DNA of 64,000 bases, taken from the NCBI RefSeq assembly GCF_009914755.1, contig NC_060935.1; one strand, given 5' to 3'. The notes under the pieces are model-generated. The model was not told where the DNA came from, did not search any database, and saw only the letters and a program-made list of their open reading frames with translations. Numbering within the stretch: the first letter of the stretch is position 1; every line of letters starts with the position of its first letter. Positions 1 to 12,996 of this stretch are shown here, piece after piece. Origin of the DNA: the human T2T-CHM13v2.0 reference genome, Homo sapiens. Made by a program: the position numbers and the translations under genes.

Positions 1-379
1 AAAAAGTTTAGAGCAGGAATGAAAGGAAGTAAAGTACACTTGGAAGAGGGTCAAGCGGGCACCTTGGGAGATTAAGTGCACAGTTTGGCCTTTGACTTGC
101 AGTTGTATACATTGGCATGCTTCTGGGGGGTTACATTCCTTCTCCCCTGGTTCTTCCCTTGGGATGGGCTGTCTGCATGCACCAGTGGCCAGGCAGCTCT
201 ACTAACAGATGTACCGTAGTTCTTGAAACATAATTTTTCTCTTTTCACTCTTCATTTTTATTAAAAACAAATTATGATAAGATGATTTGATTGCAAAATA
301 AGCTCTAGTCTTGTTATACTTGGTCTGATTATTTGGATAAAGCACAGCAAGAATAATTATTTGCCATATAGCCTCCTTT
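1..379. mobile_element. ERV1-class (MER4-group-like) LTR/internal fragments
   Basis: Sequences such as tttagagcaggaatgaaaggaagtaaagtacacttggaagaggg and gcacagcaagaataattatttgcca resemble MER4-group ERV repeats from memory; subfamily not resolved. Confidence 0.5.
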
Positions 380-383
380 TTAA

Positions 384-892
384 CCCTTTTCCCATTTGCC
401 CTACGAATACTTGCTGGCAGCACTTGCAGCTGCAGCGTTTACCCCAAAATAACTTTGCCATAAAATACCTCACTTTTATTATTATTTTCACATCACTCTA
501 GTATATCAACTGTGGAAACAAAAGACATTATTCTATTTATAGCATTCTGTTTTAATAGAGGTATTTCCATTTACACAATGCAGTAATTCTCGATCATAGA
601 AAATGTCAAATCCTAGAAAACATAGCATTCTTATGCATGATGTTATCATTCTCGAACAATTGTTGGCCAAAGATGTATTTGATGAATCCAATTTTTCTGA
701 AATATAATGATTCTGATGATTCAGAAGATTATGATGTTAGTTCTATTTAGAAATAACTCTAAGAACAGATTTTATATTTTATTTTCACATTAAAAATCAA
801 TCAGATTTGCTTCAGCTTCAAAGAGTGTGTTTATGTAAAATTAAATGAGTACTGGCAGTCTCCTCTCTAGGTGTAGATCTGAGCTGCACTTT
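384..892 (+). mobile_element. MER75 non-autonomous piggyBac DNA transposon, right TIR missing
   Basis: TTAA target at 380-383 followed by the left end CCCTTTTCCCATTTGCCC; the body follows the recalled MER75 consensus through ctggcag...gagctgcacttt. Confidence 0.8.
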
Positions 893-1370
893 ACATGTTT
901 TGGGTTGACTCACAGACATCCTAACACAATTATGTCTTTCTCACGTCAGTGTCTTTGAGTCCTGAAAGACCAATATCTAGGGAGTGCATTCTGTTATACA
1001 AGCAATGAAACAACAACTATAAAACAAAGTATTATTTCTGCTAAGCCTTTAAATAGGTGTTTCACAGAGGTGCCTATACAATGTTTTCTCCAAGCTAATG
1101 TCTTATTAAGTTCATTGTTGAGAAGCCAATGTGACTCCTCAACTTCTCACTGCTTTATGCTCATGTTTGGAGTTCACAAAATTTCACAATCACAGTATTG
1201 CTTCTCCCATAGGTCAAAAGATACAAAGATGTTTTGGGTTTCCTGTCCTCGTGATCTCCACTTTCTGAAATATTGTACCTGCACAAACATACCTACCTGC
1301 CTAAGCCTACACATATTTCTACACACTTCCAAAAATGAAGGAGATGTGTGTATATTTAAATATAAAGAGA

Positions 1371-1668
1371 GGCCTGGCGCGGTGTCTCACGCCTGTAATC
1401 CCAGCACTTTGGGAGGCCGAGGCAGGCAATTCCCTGAGGTCAGGAGTTCGAGACCAGCCTGACCAACACGGTGAAACTCATCTCCACTAAAAATAAAAAA
1501 TTAGCCAGACATGGTGGCTTATGCCTGTAATACCAGCTACTCAGGAGGTTGAGGCAGGAGAATCGCTTGAACCTGGGAGAGATTGCAGTGAGCTGAGATC
1601 GCACAATTCCATTCCAGCCTGGGTAACAAAAGTGAAACTGCATCTCAAAAATAAATAAATAAATAAAT
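1371..1668 (+). mobile_element. AluS-type SINE
   Basis: Dimeric Alu from ggcctggcgcggtg, with an A-rich linker and (AAAT)n tail. Confidence 0.95.
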
Positions 1669-4600
1669 AGAGAAAGACAAATTAGTGGCTTATAGCACTT
1701 CTCACAGAGTATCTTAAAACTTTATGCACTGGAGTGTTTAACAGAAGAATATCAAATATTTAGGAGTCTATCCTACTATAACTTATACTGCTGCCACATT
1801 GTTATACTGTATACATCATTCCATGTGTCATTCTATTCTCCCATTCTACTGCATTTTATACTTTCTTAATCTATCTCATAAGCATTTACTAAAAATCTTT
1901 TATGTTTTGTTATTTTTCTTGACTCAGTATAAAATTAAACAGTGAGTGAAAACATATAGGGGAATAGCTTCCTATTCCCCGGTGATGTGGTTTCTCCACT
2001 ATCTTGTAACTTAATAGAATTTACAAGATAACGGAGAAAGCACATCATTGGAGAATAGGAAACTATTTAGAAAAGGACATGAGCAATATACCTCTTGCAG
2101 AGCTCTGAAGCCCGCAAGATTCTAAATGAGACATTGCTAAAACTTACTCAGGCTACCACTGGAATTTTAATTCCAGAAAGTGTTTTCCATATGGGCCCAA
2201 ATAAGAGTTGCAAATAAGTGAAAGAAACATTTTTTTAAAGATTTTTAAAACTTTTTTTTAAAGAGAAGCAGGTTTTCTCTTCCAAGTGCTAGAAGACAGT
2301 TTCTTGTCACTAGTGGGATTTAAGCAAATCTTGGATATCTATTTAGCAAAGAATCCTTAGAGAAAATTCCAAGAGAGTTCTAGATTTGATGAGTTTTAAA
2401 AGTCCTATAAATATGAAATTCTAGTTATCCAGAAATCAGAAAAGTGGTGGCCAATGTGGACAACCTTCTAAGTATTTTTGTGTGTTTCAAGAGAAATTGT
2501 AAATAATTTAAAACTGTCCAATTTCAAAAAAGAGAAGGAAATAGTGATAATGACATGACAAATTGTAGAGGTATATGTAGCAAATCTGTGAGCATCCATC
2601 CCTCAATGGTTGATTTGAGATCTCTTTTTTTTCTATTATCTCTTCATGGATAGCCTATAATCTTTTATTTTGAAGAACAGTACTTTTAGTCTGCATTGAT
2701 TCCAACTAGACTATAAGCCAACTGTCAACATCTGATATGAGGCAGCAAAACTAAGATTTTAATAGATGACTGCAAACAAGGAACAACTGAGGGTGCCATA
2801 GCATAACACCATGAGACTCAAATAGGAAAGGATTTTATAAAAGAGGCTACACGAGAAATTCCACTGGAGACTAAGAATGACACATGGAGTAGGGCTGTTA
2901 CCTCTCTGAAGTGAATGATGTATAAAATAATGAATATCCTCTACTTTTCTGTTTTTTATTGTTCACTTATTACAAGTAATAAGAATAAAAGCAGTCTTTC
3001 TAAAATGGACAGTGTATGTATTTTTCATGTACAACAGGATGTTTTGAAGTATATATGCATTATAAAATGCTTGAATCTAGCTAGTTAACAAATGCATTAC
3101 TTCAAATAGTTATTTTTATGTTGACTATGGCATGACCTCCACTCTCTTTGGGCTTTTCAACAATACAATGTATTATATCATTATTAACTATAGTCAACAT
3201 GCTGTACAATAGATCTCTTGGACTTATTTTTTCTATCTAATTGCAATTATGTATCCTTTGACCAATCACTCTTCTAATGCCCTCCTCCTCCCTGATCACC
3301 TCATTTGTGGTAATAGCCTTCTAGTCTCTACAAGATCAGCTTTTTTAGATTCCACATATAAATGAGAAAATGTAATGTTTGTCTTCCTGTGTCTGGCTTA
3401 TTTCACTTAACATAATGCCTTCCAGGCTCATACATGTTGTCGCAAGTGAGAAGATTCCATTATTTTTGTGGCTGAATAGTATTTCATTAAATATACATAC
3501 CACATTTTATTTTCATTAATCTATGGATGAACACATAGGTTAATTCCATAGGTTGGCTATTGTGAATAGTGATGCAAAAAACATGAGACAGCAGCTATCT
3601 CTTCAACATATGATTTTCTTTCCTTTGGATATATACCCAGTAGTGGGAATGCTAGATCATATGGCAGTTCTATTTAATGTTTCAAGGAACTTCTGTCCTG
3701 TTTTCCACAATGGCTTTACTAATTTACATTCCCACCAACAGTGTGTAAGCATTCCTTTTCTCCACATCTCCACCAATATTTGCTATTTTTTGTGGTTTTT
3801 TTGTTGTTGCTGTTTTGTTTTCCTTTTTGTTTTTATAATAGTCATTCTCAAAGGAGTAAGGTGACATCTCATCATGGTTTTGATTTGCATTTCCCTGATG
3901 ATTACTGATATTAAGCATTTCTTTCTTATACCTGTTGGTCATTTTTCTGTCTTCTTTTGAGAATGTCTACTCAGATATTTTGCCTGTTTTTTATTATTTG
4001 TTTCCTTGCTATTGAATTGTCAGAGTTCCTTATATATTTTAAACATTAATCTTTATCAGATATATATTTCACAAATACTTTCTTCCATTTAGCTCTTCAT
4101 TCTGTTAAGGGAAGATTGTTTCTTCACTCTATTGATTGCTTTCTTTGCTGTACAAAACTTTTTAGTTTAGTAATACCATTTGTCTATTTTTACTTTTGTT
4201 TTCTATGCTTTTGAGGTCACATCTAAATAATCATTGCCCAGATCAATGCTGTGGGATGTTTCTCTTATGTTTTCTCTAGTAGTTTCAGAGTTTGGGTTCT
4301 CATATTTAAGTCTTTAGTTTATTTTGAGCTGAATTTTGTAGATGGTGAGAGATAAGGGTCTAATTTGATTCTTCTGAATATGGATATTCAGTTTTTCCGA
4401 TACTATTTATTGAAAAATCTCCTTTTCCTCATTGTGTGTTATTGGCATCTTTGTTGAAAATCATAGATTTTAAATGAATAGATTTATTTCTGAGCTCCCT
4501 ATTCTGCTCCAGTGGTCTATATGCCTGTTTTTATGCCAGTACCGTACTGTTTTGATTATTATGGCTTTGTAGCATAGTTTAAAATAAGGAAGTGTGATGC

Positions 4601-4723
4601 CTTCATTTTTGTTTTCTTTCTCAAGATTGCTGTGGCTATTCAGTATCTTTTGGGGTTCCATATGAATTTTAGAATTTTCTATTTCTGTGAAGACTGTCGT
4701 TGGTACTTTGAAAGAGATTGCAT

Positions 4724-6266
4724 CCCTCTCCCCCTCCCCCTCCCTCTCCCTCTCCCCTTTGCACGGTCCTCGTCTCCCCTTTGCATGGTCTCCCTCTGAT
4801 GCCCAGCTGAGGCTGGACTGTACTGCCACCATCTCGGCTCACTGCAGCCTCCCTGCCTGATTCTCCTGCCTCAGCCTGCCGAGTGCCTGGGATTGCAGGC
4901 GCGCACCGCCACACCTGACTGGTTGTCGTATTTTTTGGTGGAGACCGGGTTTCGCCCTGTTGGCCGGGCTGGTCTCCAGCTCCTGACCGCGAGTGGTCTG
5001 CCAGCCTCGGCCTCCCGAGGTGCCGGGATTGCAGACGGAGTCTCGCTCACTCAGTGCTCAATGTTGCCCAGGCCGGAGTGCAGTGGCGTGATCTCGGCTC
5101 GCTACAACCTCCACCTCCCAGCCGCCTGCCTTGGCCTCCCAAAGTGCTGAGATTGCAGCCTCTGCCCGGCCGCCACCCCGTCTAGGAAGTGAGGAGCGTC
5201 TCTGCCTGGCTGCCCATCGTCTGGGATGTGAGGAGCCCCTCTGCCCGGCAGCCCAGTCTGGGAAGTGAGGAATGCGTCTTCCCGGCCGTCATCCCATCTA
5301 GGAAGTGAGGAGCGTCTCTGCCCGGCCGGCTGCCCATCATCTGGGATGTGGGGAGCGCCTCTGCCTCGCCGCCCCGTCTGAGATGTGAAGAGTGCCTCTG
5401 CCCGGCCGTGACCCTGTCTGGGAACTGAGGAGTGTCTCTGCCTCACCGCCACCCTGTCTGGGAGGTGAGGAGCGTCTCTGACCGGCCGCCCCATCTGAGA
5501 AGTGAGGAGCCCCTCCGCCCGGCAGCCGCCCCCCGTCTGGGAATTGGGGAGCCCCTCCACCCGGCAGCCGCCCCATCCGGGAGCTGGGGGGCAGCCCGCG
5601 CCCGGCCAGCCGCCCCGTCCGGGAGGTGGGGGGCAGCCCCCGCCCGGCCACCGCCCAGTCTGGGAGGTGGGGGGCCCCTCTGCCCGGCCACCCCGTCTGG
5701 AAAGTGAGGAGCCCCTCTTCCCCGGCCGCCACCCCATCTGGGAGGTGTACCCAACAGCTCATTGAGAACGGGCCATGATGACAATGGCGGTTTTGTCCAA
5801 TAGAAAAGGGGGAAATGGGAAAGGAAGGAGAGATCAGATTGTTATTGTGTCTGTATAGAAAGAAGTAGACATAGGAGACTCCATTTTGTTCTGTACTAGG
5901 AAAAATTCTTCTGCCTTGGGATGCTGTTGATCTATGACCTTACCCCCAACCCTGTGCTCTCTGAAACAGGTGCTGTGTCCACTCAGGGTTAAATGGATTA
6001 AGGGCGGTGCAAGATGTGCTTTGTTAAACAGATGCTTGAAGGCAGCATACTCGTTAAGAGTCATCACCACTCCCTAATCTCAACTACCCAGGGACACAAA
6101 CACTGAGGAAGGCGGCAGGGCCCTCTGCCTAGGAAAACCAGAGACCTTTGTTCACATGTTTATCTGCTGACCTTCCCTCCACTATTGTCCTATGACCCTG
6201 CCAAATCCCCCTCTCCGAGAAACACCCAAGAATGATCAATAAATACTTAAAAAAAAAAAAAAAAAA
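4724..6266 (+). mobile_element. Full-length SVA retrotransposon (probably an older subfamily, short VNTR)
   Basis: CCCTCT hexamer head at 4724, antisense Alu-like region, GC-rich VNTR (~5150-5745), SINE-R, AATAAA and poly(A); TSD gaaagagattgcat (4710-4723) / gaaagcgattgcat (6267-6280). Confidence 0.97.
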
Positions 6267-7030
6267 GAAAGCGATTGCATTGACTCTATATATAACTTTG
6301 GGTGGTATGGACATTTTAACACCATTATGTTGTTTCCATATAGGGACAATTTAACTTCTTTCTTTCCAATTTGCATGCCTTTTATTTTTCTCTTGCCTAA
6401 TTGCTCATGCTAAGACTTCCAATATTAGTAAAGAGAAGGGGTGAAAGTGGGCATCCTTGTCTTGTTCCAGATCTCGGAGAAAAAGCTTCTAATTTTCCTT
6501 GTTGAATATGCTAGCTGTGAATTTGCCATATGTAACCTTTATTATGTTGAGGTAAACTTCTTCTATACCTAATTTATTAAGTTTTTATCATAAATGGAGT
6601 TTAAGTCTTGCCAAATGATTTTTCTACATAGTGAAATGATTCGATGATTTTTGTTTTTCATTTTGTTAATGTGATGTATTACATTTAATTGATTTGCATA
6701 TGTTGGTTAGCATTTATTCTTGCATCTCTGGATTGGATCTCACTTGATTGTGGTAAATGGTCTTTTAATGTATTATTGAATTCAGTTTGCTAATGTTTTT
6801 AAAGATTTCTGCATCCATTTTCATCAGGGATGTTGGCCTGTAGTTTTCTTTGTGTGTGCGTGTTCTCATCTAGTTTTGGTATCCCGGTAATGCTGACCTC
6901 TTACAATGAATTTTGGAGAATTCTCTCCTCTTTAATTTTTTGGAATAGCTTGAGAAGAATTGATGTTAGTTCTTCTTTAAATGTTTGGTATAATTCATCA
7001 GTGAAGCCATCAGATTCTGGGCTTTTCTTT

Positions 7031-7324
<294 letters not shown>

Positions 7325-10300
7325 TCTGGGCTTTTCTTTAGTGAGATACTTCTACTACTATCTTTATTTCATTACTCATTATTGGTCTGTTAACATTTTC
7401 TATTTCTTCATAGGTTCCTGTAGGTTTTATGTGTCCAAAAATGCTTCAATTTCTTCGAGATTAACTAATTTGTTGGTGTGTAGTTGATCAGAATCATTTC
7501 TCATGATACTTTGTATTTCTGCGATATCAGTTGCAGTGTCCCCCTTTTCATCTCTGATCTTATTTAAGTCTTTTCTCTTTTTTCTTAGTTTAGCTAAAGG
7601 CTTGTTAATTTTATCATTTTAAAAAACCTCCATTTTGTTGATCTTTTATATATTTTTCTAGCCTACATTTTATTATTTCTGCTATTGTCTGTAATATTTT
7701 CTTCTTTGTGTTAATACTGGGTTTAGTTTGCTTTTATTTTTCTATTTCCTTGAGGTGCAACATTAGGTTGTTTATTTGAGATGCTTTTTCTTTATTCATG
7801 TATGTGTTTATTGCTATAGCCTTCCTCTTAGAACTGCTTTTTCTGTATCCCACAGGTCTGTAGTAATGAATTCCCTCAGCCCTTATTTGTCTGGGAGTCT
7901 TTATCTCTCCTTCATTTTTGAAGGAGAGCTTTGCTAGGTATAGTATTCCTGGTTGGCAGATTTTTTGGTGTTTTTTTTTAAATATATTTTTCACTCAGCA
8001 CTTTGAATATATCATTCTACTTTCTCCTGGCCTGTAAGGTTTTTGCTGAGAAGACTTGCTAGACATATTGGAGCTTCTTTATATGTTATTTGCTTATTTT
8101 CTCTTGCTGCTTTCAAGATCCCCTTTTTGTCTGAGCTTTGACAGTTTTATTATAATATGTCTTGGAGTAGTCTTAGGTGTATTGAATCTCATTGGTGATC
8201 TTGATCTTCTTTTACCTAGATATTTATATCTTTCCCTGGGTTTGGAAAGTATTTTGCTATTGTTCCTTTAAATAATATTTCTACCCTTTTATCTTTCTCT
8301 ACTCACTCTTGAATGCCAATAACTTGTACATTGTACATTTCATCTTTTGATGCTATCCCATAAACCCCATAAGCTTTCTTTATTCTTTTTAGTTCTTTTT
8401 TTCTCCTCTGTCTATATATTTTTCAATAACCTACTTTTCAATAACCTTTCTGTCTACAGATTCTTTCTTCTGCTTCAGCAATTCTGTTGTTGATGCTCTA
8501 TTATATTTTTCATTTTATTCATTGTAATATTCAGCTCAGCATTTCTGATTGATTTTTATATTATTCTTTCAATTTCTTTGTAATATTTTTTATTTTGGTT
8601 ACTTATTATTTTCCTTATTTTCTTGAATCGTTTCTGTGTATTTTATTAAAGTTTATTAAGCTTCCATAAAATAGCTGTTTTGTATTTGTTATCACTCAAT
8701 TTATACATCTCCATGTCTTCAGGGGCAATTGCTGGCACCTTACTTTGTCCATTTGGTGATGTCATGCTTCCCAGATTGCTCTTGATCCTTATGGTTATAA
8801 GTTGATGTCTGCCCATTGAAAAGGTAGGTAGTTATATCAGTCATCACAGTATTGCTTTGTCTGGGAATATTTTTCAACAATAAGCCTGTCCAGAGATTTT
8901 GAACCAGTCATCTGGTGTGGTCCCTAAGCCTGTAATCCCTGCAGTCATTGAAGACCTGGGGGTACTCTAAGCCTATGATCTGCACTGGCCAGTGCAGCAG
9001 TGGGTTGGAATTCCATGGCTTCTGAGGCTGGTATAGTGCCAGGCTAGAATTCAGTGGTCCCTTCTGAGGCTGGCACAGCATTGGGGTGCACCCAAACTCA
9101 TGGCCATTCAGATCTGCATGTAGTTATGGGTTATTTGGAGTCCAAGGCTACTATAGTCAGCCAGTGGTGATGCAGGCCAGAATTCAAGTCCATCTCACAC
9201 ATGGCTACGGGTTTCTATCTGGCACTGAGGCAGACCTAGAGGTTCAGTTTACAGATATTGGCATGTAGGTCTCTCTGGTGCTGGGTTTAACTGTGGCATG
9301 GCCCAGGATTGAGGTCCAAGCAAAGTCCAATGCTTACTTATGTGTCTTTCCCCTAAGATAGTATCTCTCTCTTTGCACTGTTCCCTGATGTTGGGGGAGG
9401 GGTAACGTGTAAGGTAAAATTGTCCTTCCTACCTTCTTCAATGTGTCTTTTCTTATCATTATCTTAAAACCAGGTACTGTGATCACTCACCTGGTTTTCT
9501 TAGCTCTTGTAAAGGTATTTAATGCATGGATAATTGTTCAAATTATCCATTTCCTATGGGAGGAAAAAATTATCCATTTCCCATGTTCTTATAGGAGAAT
9601 GGTCACTAGAGAATCCTATTCCAATATTTTGCTCCACTTTCCTCCCAAATAAAAAGAAGACATTTGAGAAATCAACGTGCATTAGAAAATAATAAAATTA
9701 GTCTCCACATGTAAGTTAACAGCATGTTTTAGGCTCTGGTTAAAAAATGTTTTATAAATTAGGTCATCCAGTTTATCCAGCAAACAGAAATCAAATAGTA
9801 AGGGGATAATTAATTATTACTCTTCTTAAATGAGAAAATTAGAACTCATATTGAGATTGGTGAGTCAAAAGTAACACATCTTACCCGTGGCCAAATCAGT
9901 ATGCCTGGAACATAAATAAAAATCAGTGTTATCCCAATAAGCAGGCTTAGGTTCTATGGTAGGTAAGATTGCATTGAACTGTGAGTTATATAAGGCTTTT
10001 TGTAAGTATCTTTGGAGAATACATTATATTAATAATTTGATTCTTTCCCTAAGAAGGGAAAATAAGAAAAAAATAAGAAGATGTGCACACATAATATTCA
10101 CTTTTATTCATCAAAATAACTAAATATGTAAAGCATTATATTAAAGCTCTAGAATATACAAAGTTGAAGAGATGAATAAAACTCTTCACCAGACTCAGAG
10201 GAGTTTATAATCTACTACCAAAGGGAGATACACACATGACTCAAGAAGGTCAGATTAATTCCATTGGGGTAAATAAAGGATGGGTTTGTGGAGTAGGTGG

Positions 10301-10568
10301 AGTTTAAACTGAGACTCATAAGATGGGCATAATTTTCCAAATGAAAAGAGTGGTGTTGTTTTTTATGTGGAAGAGGATACTGGAACACAGACTTTAAGAA
10401 AAACATATAGGAGGGACATAATGTTAAAAAAAATGAGCTGGGAGCTGACCTGCATGATAGGTAAACAGAAGAGTGAAAAATTTTGTATTTTGATTAGGAT
10501 CAGTCTTTGAAGTTGAGAAGGAGGGAAGATAGAAATCAAAACTATTGTTTTGGTGAAAGACAATACTA

Positions 10569-10970
<402 letters not shown>

Positions 10971-11388
10971 TCAAAAATAATATCTATGAAGTGCTCTATT
11001 ACTAACCAAAAAGGGGCCTAGCTACTAAATGTTACTTAATCCCAGGAAATATTGGTCAGTATATAGGTCCCACCTATATACTGATCAGAGCATGATCAGG
11101 ATAAAAATTGCAAAGTGTAAAACATACTTATCCTTGTTCTAAAAACTCACTAATTCAGATGTCTGGATCCTATGGGAAGCTATGCTGGCCAGGGACAGGA
11201 CATGAAGATTGAGACAAGAGGACTGAAAGTAGGATGAGAAAGACGGTTTAACTGTATATCTAAGACAAATAGGAAAGAGTAGGAATAAGATGGTGTCAGA
11301 AATCTGATGGAAAAGTCAGGTAGGATAGTATGAAGTCAGAAGTTGGTAAAATATATCTTAAAAAAGGACACACAGATTCACTTAAAGC

Positions 11389-11389
<1 letters not shown>

Positions 11390-11424
<35 letters not shown>
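11390..11424. repeat. (CA)n microsatellite
   Basis: Perfect run of about 17 CA units. Confidence 0.95.
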
Positions 11425-11426
<2 letters not shown>

Positions 11427-12054
11427 AATATGAGTCATTTTAAGATGTAAAAATCACTAGGAAAAAAAACTATAAGAAATTCACACTCCAAATAAGTAGC
11501 ATTAGATAAAAATATTAACAAGATCTGTCAAGGACAGAGGAGGCAGTGAATGTCACATGTTATTCACTCTACATAAGAATCAAAGTTCTTGAGTCAACAT
11601 CTATATGTCCACAAGAGATCCATTCATGGCAAAAAAAAAAAAAATTATTCACGTTGAGCTGAGTCAGGGAAAACCAAGACATCTAACACATATGTATGTA
11701 TTAAACAATACAGGAATTGAGAAACATTTAAAATAATTGGAATTATATTTATCCTTTGTTTGAAAACCATACAATTCTAAGCTCCAGTGATTATGGCTTG
11801 TCAATTCGTACTCACATAGATGAAGTCAAGAAAAACTTCCAAACAATTCTAGAATGCCAAAACACTAAGATTCCAGTCAGTGAAACAGAAAGCAGGATCC
11901 AACGAGTAGATATCCCTATAATCAATTGAAACACTGAAGAAAGCCAAGTCTAAACTTATTCTCGCAGTAACAATTTAAATTTTCTATGCATCATAACAAT
12001 TATTCTCCAATATCAATTTCTGTTTTCAAGGTCAGGTTGCATTCATTTTATTTT

Positions 12055-12996
12055 TTACAACCTCCTCAGCAGGTTCTGGATTCCCTGCTTGATCTCCTTG
12101 GTTCTCACACCATAAACAATGGGGTTCAGAGCTGGGGGAATAAGGTGGTGCAGGATGTTGAGCAGGATGGGGACATCCGGAGGAATTCTCTTCCTGGCCA
12201 GGTTAGTGATGACCAGAACCAGCAGGACTGTGGTGAAGAAGAGGATGAGGATGAAGTGGGAACCACAAGTACCTAGAGCTTTGGCCATATCTCCCTCACC
12301 CTTAATCCTTAGCACAGTTTTCAAGATAAAAAAGTAAGAGAGAACAATAAGGATGAGGTCAGAGCCCAGCAGGGTCCAACCTATAACAAACTGGTAGCTC
12401 TGATTCAAGGTGATGTCATCACAAGAGAGTTTAGACACAGACACGTTAGTACAGATGCAGTTCTTGATGATGTGTCCTGCACAGTATCTGAGTCGAGAAG
12501 AAAGTATGGGGATAGGCATAGTAAGAAGGCCATTCCTGGCCACAACAAAGATGGCAGCCCTAGCGACAAATTGATCAGTGATGATGGATGAGTACTGTAG
12601 GGGCTTGCAGATGGCCACATAGCGGTCATAGGCCATGATCATGAATGTGCAGGACTCCATAGTCAGAAAACTGTTCATGATGAACACCTGAAGGAAGCAG
12701 GCAGGGAAGCTGATTGATCTGAGGTCAAACCAGAAGATGGCCAGGACCTTGGGGATGACGGTGAGGCAGAGTACGATGTCCAGCAGGGAGAGGAGGCTGA
12801 GCAGGTAGTACAGGGGCTGGTGCAGAGAGGCTTCCAGATAGATGGTGATCAGAAGGGTGGCATTGGCCCCCATGGCCAGGAGGAAGAGGAGGCTGAGGGG
12901 CAGAGACAGCCAGTGCTGCCAGCTCTGGAAACTGGGGAAACAAATGAGGAAGAATTCAAAGACTGGGGAAGTGGAGTTGTTGCTGGGTAATGTCAT
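12055..12996 (-). CDS. OR56A5: Olfactory receptor family 56 subfamily A member 5 (class I OR), 313 aa
   Basis: ATG at 12996 (MTLPSNNSTS, N-glycosylation site); motifs LHQPLY, MAYDRYVAIC, KALGTCGSH, PPALNPIVYG; TAA at 12055. The ORF-track start at 13050 is a GTG inside a polypyrimidine tract. Confidence 0.92.
   Translation of the reverse strand: MTLPSNNSTSPVFEFFLICFPSFQSWQHWLSLPLSLLFLLAMGANATLLITIYLEASLHQPLYYLLSLLSLLDIVLCLTVIPKVLAIFWFDLRSISFPACFLQVFIMNSFLTMESCTFMIMAYDRYVAICKPLQYSSIITDQFVARAAIFVVARNGLLTMPIPILSSRLRYCAGHIIKNCICTNVSVSKLSCDDITLNQSYQFVIGWTLLGSDLILIVLSYFFILKTVLRIKGEGDMAKALGTCGSHFILILFFTTVLLVLVITNLARKRIPPDVPILLNILHHLIPPALNPIVYGVRTKEIKQGIQNLLRRL

Noticed and set aside
4669-6070. Many overlapping G/P/R-rich ORFs
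   Set aside because: Products of the SVA Alu-like and VNTR regions.
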